Shown piece by piece: positions 1-13,802 of a stretch of DNA of 64,000 bases; within the stretch, counting starts at the first letter, position 1; every line of letters begins with the position of its first letter. The translations under genes and the position numbers were made by a program. The notes under the pieces are model-generated. The model was not told the origin of the DNA. It made no database searches and saw only the letters and a program-made list of their open reading frames with translations. This stretch comes from Alphaproteobacteria bacterium (GTDB lineage Bacteria; Pseudomonadota; Alphaproteobacteria; SP197): contig OZ245842.1 of the NCBI GenBank assembly GCA_965228895.1, positions 2,176,001 through 2,240,000 on the forward strand, written 5' to 3'.

Positions 1-1319
1 CGGCCATGCAGCCGACGATCGAGGACATGTCCTATGACGAGGGCAAGGATCTGGAGTTCGTCATCGCCGTGGAGATCCTTCCGGAGATCAAGACCGACGA
101 CTTCTCCGGCTACAAGGTCGAGCAGCTAACGGTCGACGTCTCTGACTCCGAGGTCGACGACGCGATGGACCGCCTGTTGAAGGCCAACAAGGACTTCGAA
201 GATACCGACGACGGTTACAAAGCGGCTGACGGCGATGCGGCGCGGATCGACTTCACCGGCCGGCTCGATGGTGAAGCTTTCGAAGGCGGCACCGCGGAAG
301 ATCAGACTGTCGAGCTTGGTGCCGGCCGCCTGTTGCCTGAGTTCGAAGCCGGGCTATTGGGTAAAAAGGCGGGTGACGCCTTCAAGATCGACGTGACGTT
401 CCCGGACGACTATGGCGCTGAGAACCTGGCCGGTAAGACGGCCGAGTTCGAAATCAAAGTCCATCAGGTCCGAAAAGCCAAGGCCGCGGAGCTGAGTGAC
501 GAGTTTGCTGCCGCCCAAGGCGCCGAGAACGTGGCTGACCTGCGGGACAAACTACGTGAGCGCCTGGGCCAGGAGTACAGCGAGCTGACACGCCAGCGCA
601 CCAAGCGTGTGCTGCTTGACCAACTCGCCGATTCCTATGACTTCGATGTGCCTGCGGGACTGGTCGACAGCGAGTTCGAAGCGATTTGGCAGCAGATCGA
701 GCGTGAGCTCGATCATGGCCACAGTCATGATCACGGCGACGATCACGATCATGATCATGACCACGATCACGGCGAGCCGGTCAGCGAAGAGCGGCGCGAG
801 GAGATGCGCGAGGAATACCGCAAGATTGCGGAGCGGCGCGTGCGCCTGGGGCTGCTGCTGAGCGAAATCGGCACGCAGAACGAAATTCAGGTCACCCAAG
901 ATGATATGCAGCAGGCGGTGATCAACCGGGCGCGGCAGTTCCCGGGCCAGGAGGCGCAGATCGTCCAGCACTTCCAGTCCAACCCGCAGGCCATTCAGGA
1001 GCTGACAGCACCGATCCTGGAAGACCGTGTCATCGACCACATTTTGAGTCAGGTTGACGTCACCGAGCGGTCCGTCACGCCTGACGAGTTGATGAAGGCC
1101 GAACAGGAAGACGCCGAGGAAGCCAGCGCGGCGGCGGGCGGCGATGCCAAGTCGGCGAAGAAGGCCGCTGCCAAGAAGGCGCCGGCGAAGAAGGCAGCGG
1201 CCAAAAAAGCGCCCGCCAAGAAAGCGGCCGCGAAGAAAGCCCCGGCCAAAAAGGCAGCGGCAAAGAAAGCGCCAGCCAAGAAGAAGGCGGCCAAAAAGAA
1301 GGATGATAGTGACGCATGA
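1..1319 (+). CDS. tig: Trigger factor (5'-truncated by the window edge), with a His/Asp-rich insert and a Lys/Ala/Pro-rich C-terminal tail
   Basis: FKBP-like domain ([15 protein letters not shown]...[13 protein letters not shown]), C-terminal [11 protein letters not shown] motif, directly upstream of clpP; N-terminal ribosome-binding motif lies outside the window. Confidence 0.97.
   Translation, partial: AMQPTIEDMSYDEGKDLEFVIAVEILPEIKTDDFSGYKVEQLTVDVSDSEVDDAMDRLLKANKDFEDTDDGYKAADGDAARIDFTGRLDGEAFEGGTAEDQTVELGAGRLLPEFEAGLLGKKAGDAFKIDVTFPDDYGAENLAGKTAEFEIKVHQVRKAKAAELSDEFAAAQGAENVADLRDKLRERLGQEYSELTRQRTKRVLLDQLADSYDFDVPAGLVDSEFEAIWQQIERELDHGHSHDHGDDHDHDHDHDHGEPVSEERREEMREEYRKIAERRVRLGLLLSEIGTQNEIQVTQDDMQQAVINRARQFPGQEAQIVQHFQSNPQAIQELTAPILEDRVIDHILSQVDVTERSVTPDELMKAEQEDAEEASAAAGGDAKSAKKAAAKKAPAKKAAAKKAPAKKAAAKKAPAKKAAAKKAPAKKKAAKKKDDSDA
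714..773 (+). repeat. His/Asp low-complexity repeat inside tig ([20 protein letters not shown])
   Basis: GAY-CAY hexamer repeats; 9 His in 20 codons. Confidence 0.9.
1158..1301 (+). repeat. Four tandem 30-bp units encoding [10 protein letters not shown], followed by KKKAAKKK
   Basis: Units start at 1158, 1188, 1218 and 1248; identical in protein, synonymously divergent in DNA. Confidence 0.95.
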
Positions 1320-1354
1320 CGCGCAACCTGGTGACCGGTCTCGGCGGAACGGAA

Positions 1355-2020
1355 ATGCGTGATCCGCTTGAAATCTACGCCAACACCCTGGTTCCCATGG
1401 TGGTCGAGCAGACCTCCAGGGGCGAACGGGCCTATGACATCTATTCGCGCCTTCTCAAAGAGCGCATCATCTTCCTGACCGGCGGCGTCAACGACGCGGT
1501 GGCCAGCCTGATCTGTGCCCAGATGCTCTATCTGGAGGCCGACAACCCGACCAAGGATATCGCGCTCTATATCAACTCGCCTGGCGGCATGGTGACCGCG
1601 GGCCTGGCGATGTATGACACCATGCAGTACATCCGGCCGAAGGTGTCGACCCTTTGCATCGGTCAGGCGGCCTCGATGGGCGCGTTGTTGCTGTGTGCTG
1701 GCGAAAAAGAGCACCGATTTGCCCTGCCGCAGTCACGAATCATGATTCACCAGCCCTCGGGCGGCGCCCGCGGTCAGGCCTCGGACATCGAGATCCATGC
1801 CCGGGAAATTCTCTTTGTCCGTCAACGCCTTAACGAAATCTTCGCCCGTCACACCGGCCAGGACATTGATGTGGTCGAAGAGAACATGGAGCGTGACACC
1901 TTTATGACACCGATCCAGGCCCAAGAGTTTGGATTGATCGACCAGGTGGTCGAATCACGTACAGAAACCATGACGGATGCGGAAAAAACGGCTGATAGCC
2001 CCGATCAGGGTAGTTCGTAA
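1355..2020 (+). CDS. clpP: ATP-dependent Clp protease proteolytic subunit (alternative start 1316 overlapping the tig stop)
   Basis: [23 protein letters not shown], catalytic AASMG (Ser), MIHQP (His), MERD (Asp). Confidence 0.98.
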   Translation: MRDPLEIYANTLVPMVVEQTSRGERAYDIYSRLLKERIIFLTGGVNDAVASLICAQMLYLEADNPTKDIALYINSPGGMVTAGLAMYDTMQYIRPKVSTLCIGQAASMGALLLCAGEKEHRFALPQSRIMIHQPSGGARGQASDIEIHAREILFVRQRLNEIFARHTGQDIDVVEENMERDTFMTPIQAQEFGLIDQVVESRTETMTDAEKTADSPDQGSS

Positions 2021-2184
2021 TCGATAATTTCACTCAACGCTGACCGGAACGTGTACCCGTATAGTGTTGCCAATTGTCCACAGTGCTACGACATATGTAC
2101 AACATGTACCCGGCTACGCAGTTGTGCCGCGTTGCGGCTTCTAGTTAACATGCGCCAGCGATAGGCCCAGAAGGACCTCGTGCT

Positions 2185-3447
<1,263 letters not shown>

Positions 3448-3457
3448 GCGGACCGCT

Positions 3458-3486
3458 CTTGATCCGCCCTGACCGGCGGACCATCT
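3458..3486 (+). promoter_or_regulatory. Candidate RpoH (sigma32)-type promoter of lon
   Basis: CTTGAT-N16-ACCATCT resembles the alphaproteobacterial RpoH consensus CTTGAA-N15/16-CCTATAT; lon is a classical heat-shock gene. Confidence 0.5.
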
Positions 3487-3572
3487 GTTCTAAGGTTCCG
3501 TTTTTGGTCGGGTCCGGTCGGGCTAGGACGCAGGCCGATCCGATGCATTTTTGAGTACGGAGGTACTGTTAC

Positions 3573-5981
<2,409 letters not shown>

Positions 5982-6039
5982 ACGAGCGCTTGTCATCCAC
6001 ATCAAATGGCGTTAATCCGCGCGTTACTGTTTGTCTGCG

Positions 6040-6069
6040 TTGACGCCATCGCGAGCGGAACGATAGACT
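6040..6069 (+). promoter_or_regulatory. Candidate sigma70 promoter of hupB
   Basis: TTGACG-N18-TAGACT. Confidence 0.6.
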
Positions 6070-6141
6070 GACGATGCTCTGGGGATGCCTGTCTATGTTG
6101 ATCCAATCACCAACAGCCGAATCGTGGGAGGGGGCCTTACT

Positions 6142-6414
6142 GTGAACAAGAACGATCTGATTGCTAAAGTGGCGGACGAATCTGGTTTGACGAAAGCCGA
6201 TGCCGGTCGTGCCGTCGATTGCGTTTTTGATTGTATTTCATCGTCGCTTGCATCGGGCAGCGAAGTTCGTCTTGTCGGTTTCGGCACCTTCTCGGTTGCC
6301 AATCGTGCAGCCAGCGAAGGTCGCAATCCGCGCACCGGCGAGCGTATCAAGATCCCGGCGTCGAAGCAGCCGAAGTTCAAGGCCGGTAAAGCCCTGAAGG
6401 AAGCTGTCAACTAA
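6142..6414 (+). CDS. hupB: DNA-binding protein HU (GTG start)
   Basis: MNKNDLI...LVGFGTF...GRNPRTGE...[10 protein letters not shown]; GGAGGGGG SD upstream of the GTG at 6142. Confidence 0.97.
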   Translation: MNKNDLIAKVADESGLTKADAGRAVDCVFDCISSSLASGSEVRLVGFGTFSVANRAASEGRNPRTGERIKIPASKQPKFKAGKALKEAVN

Positions 6415-6440
6415 CACGGTTGACCGACGACAAGTTTTCG

Positions 6441-6480
6441 AGCTGCCGGTTGCCTTAACAGGTGCCGGCAGTTTTCGTTT
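6441..6480 (+). terminator. Rho-independent terminator after hupB
   Basis: CTGCCGG...CCGGCAG stem followed by TTTTCGTTT. Confidence 0.75.
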
Positions 6481-6537
6481 GAGCGTTCGATGTCGCCAAC
6501 CCTGTTGGCCGGTGTTGGGCTCACGATCGGATGACGG

Positions 6538-6566
6538 TTGCGTCAGGCAACGTGACGGATTAGACG
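6538..6566 (+). promoter_or_regulatory. Candidate sigma70 promoter of tRNA-Val
   Basis: TTGCGT-N17-TAGACG about 40 nt upstream of the tRNA. Confidence 0.5.
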
Positions 6567-6603
6567 ATCCACGTTTATCGCTTTTGTCGCGATAGGGCCC
6601 TGG

Positions 6604-6679
6604 GGGCGATTAGCTCAGCTGGGAGAGCAACTCGTTTACACCGAGTAGGTCGGCGGTTCGATCCCGTCATCGCCCACCA
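6604..6679 (+). tRNA. tRNA-Val(TAC)
   Basis: Acceptor stem GGGCGAT/ATCGCCC, anticodon arm ACTCG-TTTACAC-CGAGT, GGTTCGATCCC T-arm, encoded CCA. Confidence 0.97.
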
Positions 6680-6793
6680 TGTCCTGATCTGCCAGATACG
6701 GGCCCGCCTTAAGGGCGCCGGCGAGGTGCGGTAGCGCCGATTCTGCTGACGATCACTGGCAAGAGTTGGTTAGGGCCTAAGCCGGTATTTTCC

Positions 6794-6822
6794 TTGACGC
6801 CTCAAGGGCGCTAACGTAGATG
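6794..6822 (+). promoter_or_regulatory. Candidate sigma70 promoter of tRNA-Asp
   Basis: TTGACG-N17-TAGATG with an AT-rich upstream tract. Confidence 0.65.
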
Positions 6823-6848
6823 ATGCGCCTTCGCGAAGGGCCCCTTAT

Positions 6849-6926
6849 GGGGGTGTAGCTCAGTCCGGTTAGAGCGCTGGCCTGTCACGCCAGAGGTCGC
6901 GGGTTCGAGTCCCGTCACTCCCGCCA
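6849..6926 (+). tRNA. tRNA-Asp(GTC)
   Basis: Acceptor stem GGGGGTG/CACTCCC, anticodon arm CTGGC-CTGTCAC-GCCAG, GGTTCGAGTCCC T-arm, encoded CCA. Confidence 0.97.
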
Positions 6927-7039
6927 TTTCCCCTTAGATCTGGCCGCCGCAAGGCGGCGTCTGTCGGCCACCGTTCGGGGTGGCTGGCTGCGCCGTCTAT
7001 GGTCGGGATCAAGGCTAGAATTGATGTCGCACAACATCC

Positions 7040-7069
7040 TTCACAGGTCAGGTAGGGGCCATATATAAG
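7040..7069 (+). promoter_or_regulatory. Candidate sigma70 promoter of the nuo operon
   Basis: TTCACA-N18-TATAAG upstream of the GGGGAGA SD of nuoA. Confidence 0.5.
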
Positions 7070-7093
7070 GGGGCGCGCGATGGGGAGAGATCC

Positions 7094-7459
7094 ATGAACG
7101 AACTGCTTCTGGAATATCTGCCGATCCTGATCTTCTTAGGGCTAGCCATAGCGATGGCCAGTGTGATGATCGGGATGTCCTATATGTTGGGGCAGCAGAA
7201 GCCGGATCCGGAAAAGTTGTCGTCCTATGAATGTGGGTTCGATGCTTTCGACGATGCGCGCCAGCAGTTCGATGTCCGGTTCTATCTGGTCGCCATCCTC
7301 TTCATCATCTTCGATCTTGAAGTCGCCTTCCTGTTTCCCTGGGCGGTGTCGCTCAGTGAGATCGGTCTGTTCGGTTTCTGGTCGATGGTCGTTTTCCTCG
7401 GCGTGCTGACCGTCGGTTTCATCTATGAATGGCGAAAGGGAGCTCTCGAATGGGAGTAG
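7094..7459 (+). CDS. nuoA: NADH-quinone oxidoreductase subunit A
   Basis: [25 protein letters not shown]. Confidence 0.98.
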   Translation: MNELLLEYLPILIFLGLAIAMASVMIGMSYMLGQQKPDPEKLSSYECGFDAFDDARQQFDVRFYLVAILFIIFDLEVAFLFPWAVSLSEIGLFGFWSMVVFLGVLTVGFIYEWRKGALEWE

Positions 7460-7992
7460 AACCAACCGGCATCGCCAACATTCCGCCTGGACCCGATCAG
7501 GATGCGTTGCTGAAGAATGTCGCCGATGAGGTCCAGGACAAGGGCTATGTGCTGGCCAATGTCGACAAGTTGGTGAATTGGGCGCGCACTGGAAGCCTGT
7601 GGCCGATGACGTTTGGTCTTGCGTGTTGCGGCGTGGAGATGATCCACGCCTACATGAGCCGCTATGACCTCGACCGCTTCGGCGTCATTCCGCGCGCCAG
7701 TCCGCGTCAGTCCGATGTCATGATCGTGGCCGGCACGCTGTGCAACAAAATGGCGCCAGCGCTGCGCAAACTCTATGACCAGATGCCCGAGCCGCGCTGG
7801 GTTATCTCGATGGGTTCATGCGCCAATGGCGGCGGCTACTATCACTACTCTTATTCGGTCGTCAGAGGCTGTGACCGGATCGTGCCTGTGGATATCTACG
7901 TGCCCGGCTGTCCGCCGACGGCCGAAGCCCTGGTCTATGGCATTCTGCAGTTGCAGAAGAAGATCCGGCGCACCGGCACGATCAGGCGCTAG
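7450..7992 (+). CDS. nuoB: NADH-quinone oxidoreductase subunit B
   Basis: [28 protein letters not shown]; start taken at the internal ATG overlapping the nuoA end. Confidence 0.98.
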   Translation: MGVEPTGIANIPPGPDQDALLKNVADEVQDKGYVLANVDKLVNWARTGSLWPMTFGLACCGVEMIHAYMSRYDLDRFGVIPRASPRQSDVMIVAGTLCNKMAPALRKLYDQMPEPRWVISMGSCANGGGYYHYSYSVVRGCDRIVPVDIYVPGCPPTAEALVYGILQLQKKIRRTGTIRR

Positions 7993-8016
7993 ATAAGGTT
8001 CGGGGCCGCCGCCGCC

Positions 8017-8646
8017 ATGACAGAAGCATTGCTTGAGATCGGTCACGCAGCCGAGGCCAGGTTCAGTGGTCAGGCAGGACCGCTGACGCTTGATCGTGAT
8101 CAGGCGACCCTGGCCGCGACGGTCGATAGCCTGGTCACGCTTCTGACCTGGCTGAGAGATGATTCCAACTGCCTTTTCAAGCAACTGGTCGATGTCACGG
8201 CGGTCGACTATCCCGAGCGGCCTGAACGTTTTGACGTCGTCTACAACCTCTTGAGCCTGCGCCTCAACATGCGCCTGCGGGTCAAATTGATGGTTGGAGA
8301 GGACACAGCCGTTCCAACTGTCACCGGCGTGTTCAGCTCGGCCAACTGGCTCGAGCGTGAAGTCTGGGACATGTACGGGATCTATTTTGCCGGGCATCCG
8401 GATTTGCGCCGGATCCTCACCGATTACGGTTTCGAAGGTCATCCCCAGAGGAAAGACTTTCCACTCACCGGGTATGTCGAGATGCGCTATGACGAGGACC
8501 AAAAGCGCGTCGTCTATGAGCCCGTGAAACTGACCCAGGCCTTCCGCAACTTCGACTACCTGTCGCCCTGGGAAGGGTCGTTCGACGTGCTGCCGGGCGA
8601 CGAGAAGGCCGAGGCAGCCGACAAAGAGGCCGGCGACAATGGCTGA
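8017..8646 (+). CDS. nuoC: NADH-quinone oxidoreductase subunit C
   Basis: EREVWDMYG...[23 protein letters not shown]. Confidence 0.98.
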   Translation: MTEALLEIGHAAEARFSGQAGPLTLDRDQATLAATVDSLVTLLTWLRDDSNCLFKQLVDVTAVDYPERPERFDVVYNLLSLRLNMRLRVKLMVGEDTAVPTVTGVFSSANWLEREVWDMYGIYFAGHPDLRRILTDYGFEGHPQRKDFPLTGYVEMRYDEDQKRVVYEPVKLTQAFRNFDYLSPWEGSFDVLPGDEKAEAADKEAGDNG

Positions 8647-9817
8647 AGTCCAGATCAAAACGACGACGCTGAACTTCGGACCCCAGCATCCGGCTGCCCA
8701 TGGCGTGCTGCGTCTGGTCCTGGAGATGGACGGCGAGGTCGTCGAGCGGGCCGATCCGCATATCGGCCTGTTGCATCGCGGCACCGAGAAGCTGATCGAA
8801 TACAAGACCTATCTGCAGGCGGTGCCGTATTTCGACCGCCTCGACTATGTCTCACCCATGTGCCAGGAGCATGCCTATGCCCTGGCCGTCGAGACGCTGT
8901 TGGGCATCGACGTGCCACCGCGCGGCCAGCATGTCCGCGTGCTGTTCGCCGAGATCACCCGCATTCTGAACCACCTTTTGAACGTCACGACGTTCGCCAT
9001 CGACGTCGGCGCGATCACGCCGTCGCTGTGGGCGTTCGAGGAGCGTGAGAAACTGATGGAGTTCTACGAAGGCGTTTCCGGCGCCAGGCTCCATTCGGCC
9101 TATTTCCGTCCCGGCGGCGTCCATCGCGATCTGCCGGCCGGCATGGAAGACGAGATCGCGACCTACTTCGAGACGTTCTTGAAGGTCATCGACGATATCG
9201 AGCATCTGCTGAACGAGAACCGTATCTTCAAGCAGCGCACGGTCGATATTGGTGTCGTGTCGGCCGATGACGCGCTGGACTGGGGCTTCACCGGCCCCAT
9301 GCTGCGTTCTGCCGGCGTGCCGTGGGATCTGCGCAAGGCCCAGCCCTACGACTCCTACGCCCAGTTCAATTTCGACATTCCGGTCGGCAAGCAGGGCGAT
9401 TGTTACGAACGCTACATGGTCCGCATCGAGGAGATGCGCCAAAGCGTGCGCATCATCAAGCAGTGCCTGGAGACCATGCCTGACGGTCCCGTGCATACCG
9501 AAGACCCGAAGGTATCGCCGCCGCGCCGCGCGCTGATGAAGCAATCGATGGAAGCGCTGATCCATCACTTCAAGCTCTATACCGAGGGTTACCACGTGCC
9601 GGCCGGCGAGGCCTATGCGGCGGTCGAGGCGCCGAAAGGCGAATTCGGCGTTTTCCTGGTCTCCGACGGCACCAACAAACCCTATCGCTGCCGTATCAAG
9701 GCGCCGGGCTTCCTGCATCTGCAGTCCAGCGACTTCCTGTGCAAAGGACACATGCTGGCCGATGCCGCGGCCATCATCGGCAGCATGGATATCGTGTTCG
9801 GGGAGATCGACCGATGA
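8639..9817 (+). CDS. nuoD: NADH-quinone oxidoreductase subunit D
   Basis: [25 protein letters not shown]-terminal GEIDR. Confidence 0.99.
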   Translation: MAEVQIKTTTLNFGPQHPAAHGVLRLVLEMDGEVVERADPHIGLLHRGTEKLIEYKTYLQAVPYFDRLDYVSPMCQEHAYALAVETLLGIDVPPRGQHVRVLFAEITRILNHLLNVTTFAIDVGAITPSLWAFEEREKLMEFYEGVSGARLHSAYFRPGGVHRDLPAGMEDEIATYFETFLKVIDDIEHLLNENRIFKQRTVDIGVVSADDALDWGFTGPMLRSAGVPWDLRKAQPYDSYAQFNFDIPVGKQGDCYERYMVRIEEMRQSVRIIKQCLETMPDGPVHTEDPKVSPPRRALMKQSMEALIHHFKLYTEGYHVPAGEAYAAVEAPKGEFGVFLVSDGTNKPYRCRIKAPGFLHLQSSDFLCKGHMLADAAAIIGSMDIVFGEIDR

Positions 9818-10425
9818 GCATGGCGCGCGGACGCCCCGTGGCCTTGGACCAGCAGCCGGAGAGCTTCGCTTTCTCCGCTGAGAACATGGAAAAGGTCAAA
9901 ACGATCCTGGCGAAGTATCCGGAAGGGCGCCAGCGAAGCGCCGTCCTGCCGCTTCTGGACCTGGCCCAGCGCCAGATCGGCTGGGTCCCGGTCGCAGCCA
10001 TGGACCATATCGCCGAAGTCTTGGATATGGCGCCAATCCACGTCTATGAGGTCGCAACGTTCTACACGATGTTCAATCTGGAGCCGGTCGGCGACTATCT
10101 GATCCAGGTTTGCACGACCACGCCCTGCATGCTGCGCGACTCCGACGGGGTGGTCGAGGCATGCCGCAAACACCTGGGCATCGACTGGGACGAGACCACG
10201 GCTGATGGCAAGTTCACGTTGAAGGAGGTCGAGTGCCTGGGCGCCTGCGTCAACGCACCGATGGTCCAGATCAACGATGACTATTTCGAAGACCTCGACG
10301 CCGAGAAGATGATCGCGCTTTTGGAGGCCTTGAGCCGGGGTGAGAAACCCAAGATCGGCCCGCAGAACGGCCGCCACTCCTCGGAGCCGGTCACCGGCGC
10401 CAAAGTCTTGCAGGACGGAGCCTGA
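9814..10425 (+). CDS. nuoE: NADH-quinone oxidoreductase subunit E
   Basis: [14 protein letters not shown] and [10 protein letters not shown] 2Fe-2S ligands; ATGA overlap with the nuoD stop. Confidence 0.97.
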   Translation: MSMARGRPVALDQQPESFAFSAENMEKVKTILAKYPEGRQRSAVLPLLDLAQRQIGWVPVAAMDHIAEVLDMAPIHVYEVATFYTMFNLEPVGDYLIQVCTTTPCMLRDSDGVVEACRKHLGIDWDETTADGKFTLKEVECLGACVNAPMVQINDDYFEDLDAEKMIALLEALSRGEKPKIGPQNGRHSSEPVTGAKVLQDGA

Positions 10426-10427
10426 TC

Positions 10428-11720
10428 ATGCTGCAGGACAAGGACCGCATCTTTACCAACCTCTATGGCTTTGAGAGCCCGGGTCTGGAGGCCGCGCGCA
10501 GGCGTGGCGACTGGGACGGCACGGCGGCCATCCTGGCCAAGGGGCCGGATGCCATTGTCGAGGAAATCAAGACGTCCGGTCTCAGAGGCCGCGGTGGCGC
10601 CGGTTTCCCGTCGGGCCTTAAGTGGTCGTTCATGCCCAAGGAGCGGCCGGCCGGCCAACCAGCCTATCTGGTCGTCAACGCCGACGAGAGCGAGCCCGGC
10701 ACCTGCAAGGACCGCGACATCATGCGCCATGACCCGCACAAGCTGGTCGAGGGCTGCCTTATCGCCGGTTTCGCCATGCGCGCGGACGCCGCCTACATCT
10801 ATATCCGCGGCGAGTTCTATAACGAGTCCGTCGCGCTGCAGAGAGCGATCGACGAGGCTTATGATGCCGGCCTGGTGGGCAAGAATGCCTGCGGTTCCGG
10901 CTACGATTTCGATGTCTTCCTGCACCGCGGCGCCGGCGCCTATATCTGTGGCGAAGAAACCGCGCTCCTGGAGAGCCTGGAGGGCAAGAAAGGCCAGCCG
11001 CGCCTGAAACCGCCATTTCCGGCGATGGCCGGCCTTTACGGCTGTCCCTCCACCGTTACCAATGTGGAGACTGTGGCGGTTTCCCCGACCATCATGCGGC
11101 GCGGCGGCGACTGGTTCGCGTCCTTCGGGCGGCCCAAGAACGCGGGCACCAAACTCTTCTGCATCTCCGGCCACGTGAACGAGCCGTGCAACGTGGAAGA
11201 GGAGATGAGCATCCCGCTTAAGGAACTCATCGAAAAACACGCTGGTGGCGTTCGCGGCGGCTGGGACAATCTGCTGGCCATCATCCCCGGCGGTTCCTCG
11301 GTGCCGGTGATACCGAAGTCGGTTTGCGACGAGGTCCTGATGGACTTCGACGCGCTGGTGGAGGTGAAGTCGGGCCTGGGCACCGCCGCGGTCATCGTGA
11401 TGGACAAGTCCACCGACATCGTGCGGGCGATCTGGCGTCTCTCCAAATTCTACAAACACGAAAGCTGTGGCCAGTGCACGCCGTGCCGCGAAGGTACCGG
11501 CTGGATGATGCGGATCATGAAACGCCTGATCGACGGCGACGCCTCGATCGAAGAGATCGACATGCTGCAGGCCGTCACCAAGCAGGTCGAGGGCCACACC
11601 ATCTGCGCGCTGGGCGATGCGGCGGCTTGGCCGATCCAGGGTCTGATCCGCCATTTCCGGCCCGAGCTCGAAGAGCGCATCCGGGCACGTGGCGGCGCCA
11701 CGCCGGTCGCGGCGGAATAG
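10428..11720 (+). CDS. nuoF: NADH-quinone oxidoreductase subunit F
   Basis: [44 protein letters not shown]. Confidence 0.99.
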   Translation: MLQDKDRIFTNLYGFESPGLEAARRRGDWDGTAAILAKGPDAIVEEIKTSGLRGRGGAGFPSGLKWSFMPKERPAGQPAYLVVNADESEPGTCKDRDIMRHDPHKLVEGCLIAGFAMRADAAYIYIRGEFYNESVALQRAIDEAYDAGLVGKNACGSGYDFDVFLHRGAGAYICGEETALLESLEGKKGQPRLKPPFPAMAGLYGCPSTVTNVETVAVSPTIMRRGGDWFASFGRPKNAGTKLFCISGHVNEPCNVEEEMSIPLKELIEKHAGGVRGGWDNLLAIIPGGSSVPVIPKSVCDEVLMDFDALVEVKSGLGTAAVIVMDKSTDIVRAIWRLSKFYKHESCGQCTPCREGTGWMMRIMKRLIDGDASIEEIDMLQAVTKQVEGHTICALGDAAAWPIQGLIRHFRPELEERIRARGGATPVAAE

Positions 11721-11729
11721 GGGCGGGCG

Positions 11730-13802
11730 ATGACCGATACCGTCAAGCTCACCATCGATGGCGTCGAGATCGAGGTCGATAAACGGCTGACCCTGCTCCA
11801 GGCCTGTGAATTGGCGGGTGCGGAGGTGCCGCGCTTTTGTTTCCACGACCGCCTGTCGATCGCCGGCAACTGCCGGATGTGCCTGGTTCAGGTCGAAAAG
11901 GCGCCAAAGCCGGTGGCGTCCTGTGCCCAGCCGGTCGCCGACGGCATGGTCGTCCATACCCGCGGCGACATCGCCGGCGGCGCCCAGCGTGGCGCCATGG
12001 AGTTCCTGCTGATCAACCATCCGCTGGATTGCCCGATCTGCGATCAGGGTGGTGAATGCGACCTGCAGGATCAGGCCATGGGCTATGGCCTGGGCATCAG
12101 CCGGTTCCACGAACACAAGCGTTCGGTTCAGGAAAAAGAGTTCGGGCCGCTGATCAAGACCTTCATGACGCGCTGCATCCATTGCACGCGCTGTATCCGC
12201 TTCATGGACGAGGTCGCCGGTGTTCCGAGCCTGGGCGCGACCGGGCGTGGCGAGGACATGGAGATCACGACCTATATTGAGAACGGCATCAATTCCGAAC
12301 TCAGCGGCAACGTGATCGATCTGTGCCCCGTCGGGGCATTGACCTCCAAACCCTATGCCTTCGTCGCGCGGCCCTGGGAACTGAAGAAGACCGATTCCAT
12401 CGACGTGATGGATGCGATGGGCAGCAACATTCGCGTCGATGCGCGCGGCCGCGAGGTCCTGCGCGTCCTGCCGCGCCTGCACGAAGACATCAACGAAGAG
12501 TGGCTGTCGGATAAATCTCGCTTTGCGGTCGACGGCCTGATGCGCCGGCGTCTCGATACGCCCTATGTGCGCAAGGCCGGCAAGCTAGAGGCGGTGTCAT
12601 GGGATGAGGCGCTACAGGTCGCCGCCGCCAAACTAAACCGTACCGACGGCAGCAAGATCGCGGCCTTGGTCGGCGATCAGGCCGATTGTGAAGCGATGAC
12701 CGCCCTGGGTGCCCTTATGGATCAGAAGGGTTCGCCCCACCGCGATTGCCGCCTGGACGGCATGAAGGTCGATCCGGCCGTGCGGGCGTCCTATCTCTTC
12801 AACACGACCATTGCCGGTGTCGAACAGGCCGACGCTTGTCTGATCGTGGGTGCCAACCCGCGCAAGGAAGCCGCGCTGGTCAACGCGCGCCTGCGTAAAC
12901 GCTGGCTGATGGGCGGCTTCGAGGTCGGTGTTGTCGGCCCGCAGGTCGATCTGACCTATCCCTCAAGCTACCTGGGCGCTGGTCCGCGCACCCTGCAGGA
13001 GATCGCCGACGGCAGCCATGCCTTCGCCGATGTCCTGAAACGTGCCGAACGCCCCATGATCATCGTCGGCGCCGGCGCCCTGGCGCGCAACGACGGGGCG
13101 GCGGTGCTCGCCTTGGTGCACAGAATTGCCGAGGCCAGCGGTGCGGGCAGCGACGACTGGAACGGCGTCAACATCCTCCATACGGCGGCGTCACGGGTCG
13201 GCGGTCTCGACCTCGGCTTCGTGCCGGGCGAGGGCGGGCGCGATACGGCCGGCATCCTGGCGGGCGCCGAAGAGGGTGCCATCGAGGTCGTCTACCTGCT
13301 CGATGCCGATGGCCCGGGCCTGGAGCGGTTGGCCGACACCTTTGTGATCTATCAGGGCCACCACGGCGATAGCGGCGCGCATGTCGCCGATATCATCCTG
13401 CCGGGTGCGGCCTATACGGAAAAGGATGCGACTTACGTCAACATGGAAGGGCGCCCGCAGCAGGCCGCGCGCGCCGTGTTCCCACCGGGCGAGGCGCGCG
13501 AGGACTGGAAGATCATCCGGGCGCTGTCTGGCGCCATGGGCGCTGCCTTGCCGATGAACACGATCGACGATGTACGCGTCCGGATGTTTGAGGTCGCGCC
13601 CCATCTTGGCGCCAGCGACGAGATCGTCGCGGCGTCGTGGCAGGCTTTCGGAACCGCCGGCGCGGTCGACGACACACCGTTCAGCGCCGCCGTCGAGAAC
13701 TTCTACATGACGTGTCCGATCAGCCGGGCGTCGCCGACAATGGCCCAGTGCACCGAGGCCTTCGTCAGCACCGGCGGGGAGGCGACGGGAACCGATGGCT
13801 GA
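11730..13802 (+). CDS. nuoG: NADH-quinone oxidoreductase subunit G
   Basis: [34 protein letters not shown]. Confidence 0.99.
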   Translation: MTDTVKLTIDGVEIEVDKRLTLLQACELAGAEVPRFCFHDRLSIAGNCRMCLVQVEKAPKPVASCAQPVADGMVVHTRGDIAGGAQRGAMEFLLINHPLDCPICDQGGECDLQDQAMGYGLGISRFHEHKRSVQEKEFGPLIKTFMTRCIHCTRCIRFMDEVAGVPSLGATGRGEDMEITTYIENGINSELSGNVIDLCPVGALTSKPYAFVARPWELKKTDSIDVMDAMGSNIRVDARGREVLRVLPRLHEDINEEWLSDKSRFAVDGLMRRRLDTPYVRKAGKLEAVSWDEALQVAAAKLNRTDGSKIAALVGDQADCEAMTALGALMDQKGSPHRDCRLDGMKVDPAVRASYLFNTTIAGVEQADACLIVGANPRKEAALVNARLRKRWLMGGFEVGVVGPQVDLTYPSSYLGAGPRTLQEIADGSHAFADVLKRAERPMIIVGAGALARNDGAAVLALVHRIAEASGAGSDDWNGVNILHTAASRVGGLDLGFVPGEGGRDTAGILAGAEEGAIEVVYLLDADGPGLERLADTFVIYQGHHGDSGAHVADIILPGAAYTEKDATYVNMEGRPQQAARAVFPPGEAREDWKIIRALSGAMGAALPMNTIDDVRVRMFEVAPHLGASDEIVAASWQAFGTAGAVDDTPFSAAVENFYMTCPISRASPTMAQCTEAFVSTGGEATGTDG

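Noticed and set aside
1158-1301. CRISPR-like or VNTR-type DNA array
   Set aside because: Contiguous in-frame coding repeats without spacers, varying at synonymous positions; no cas genes.
2046-2068. EcfG/SigT-type promoter GGAAC...GTT upstream of clpX
   Set aside because: The spacer is shorter than the GGAAC-N16/17-CGTT consensus.
6012-6027. CtrA-like site TTAA...TTAC upstream of hupB
   Set aside because: Spacing is 8 nt rather than the required 7, and the second half-site is imperfect.
6604-6926. tRNA genes as integration sites of a genomic island
   Set aside because: No duplicated tRNA 3' end, integrase or foreign genes; both flanks are core genes.
10281-12482. 733-aa antisense ORF over nuoE-G (similarly 15917-17842, 18545-20593, 26889-28340 and 28378-30711)
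   Set aside because: Shadow ORFs opposite well-conserved genes, expected from GC-rich codon bias; no recognisable domains.
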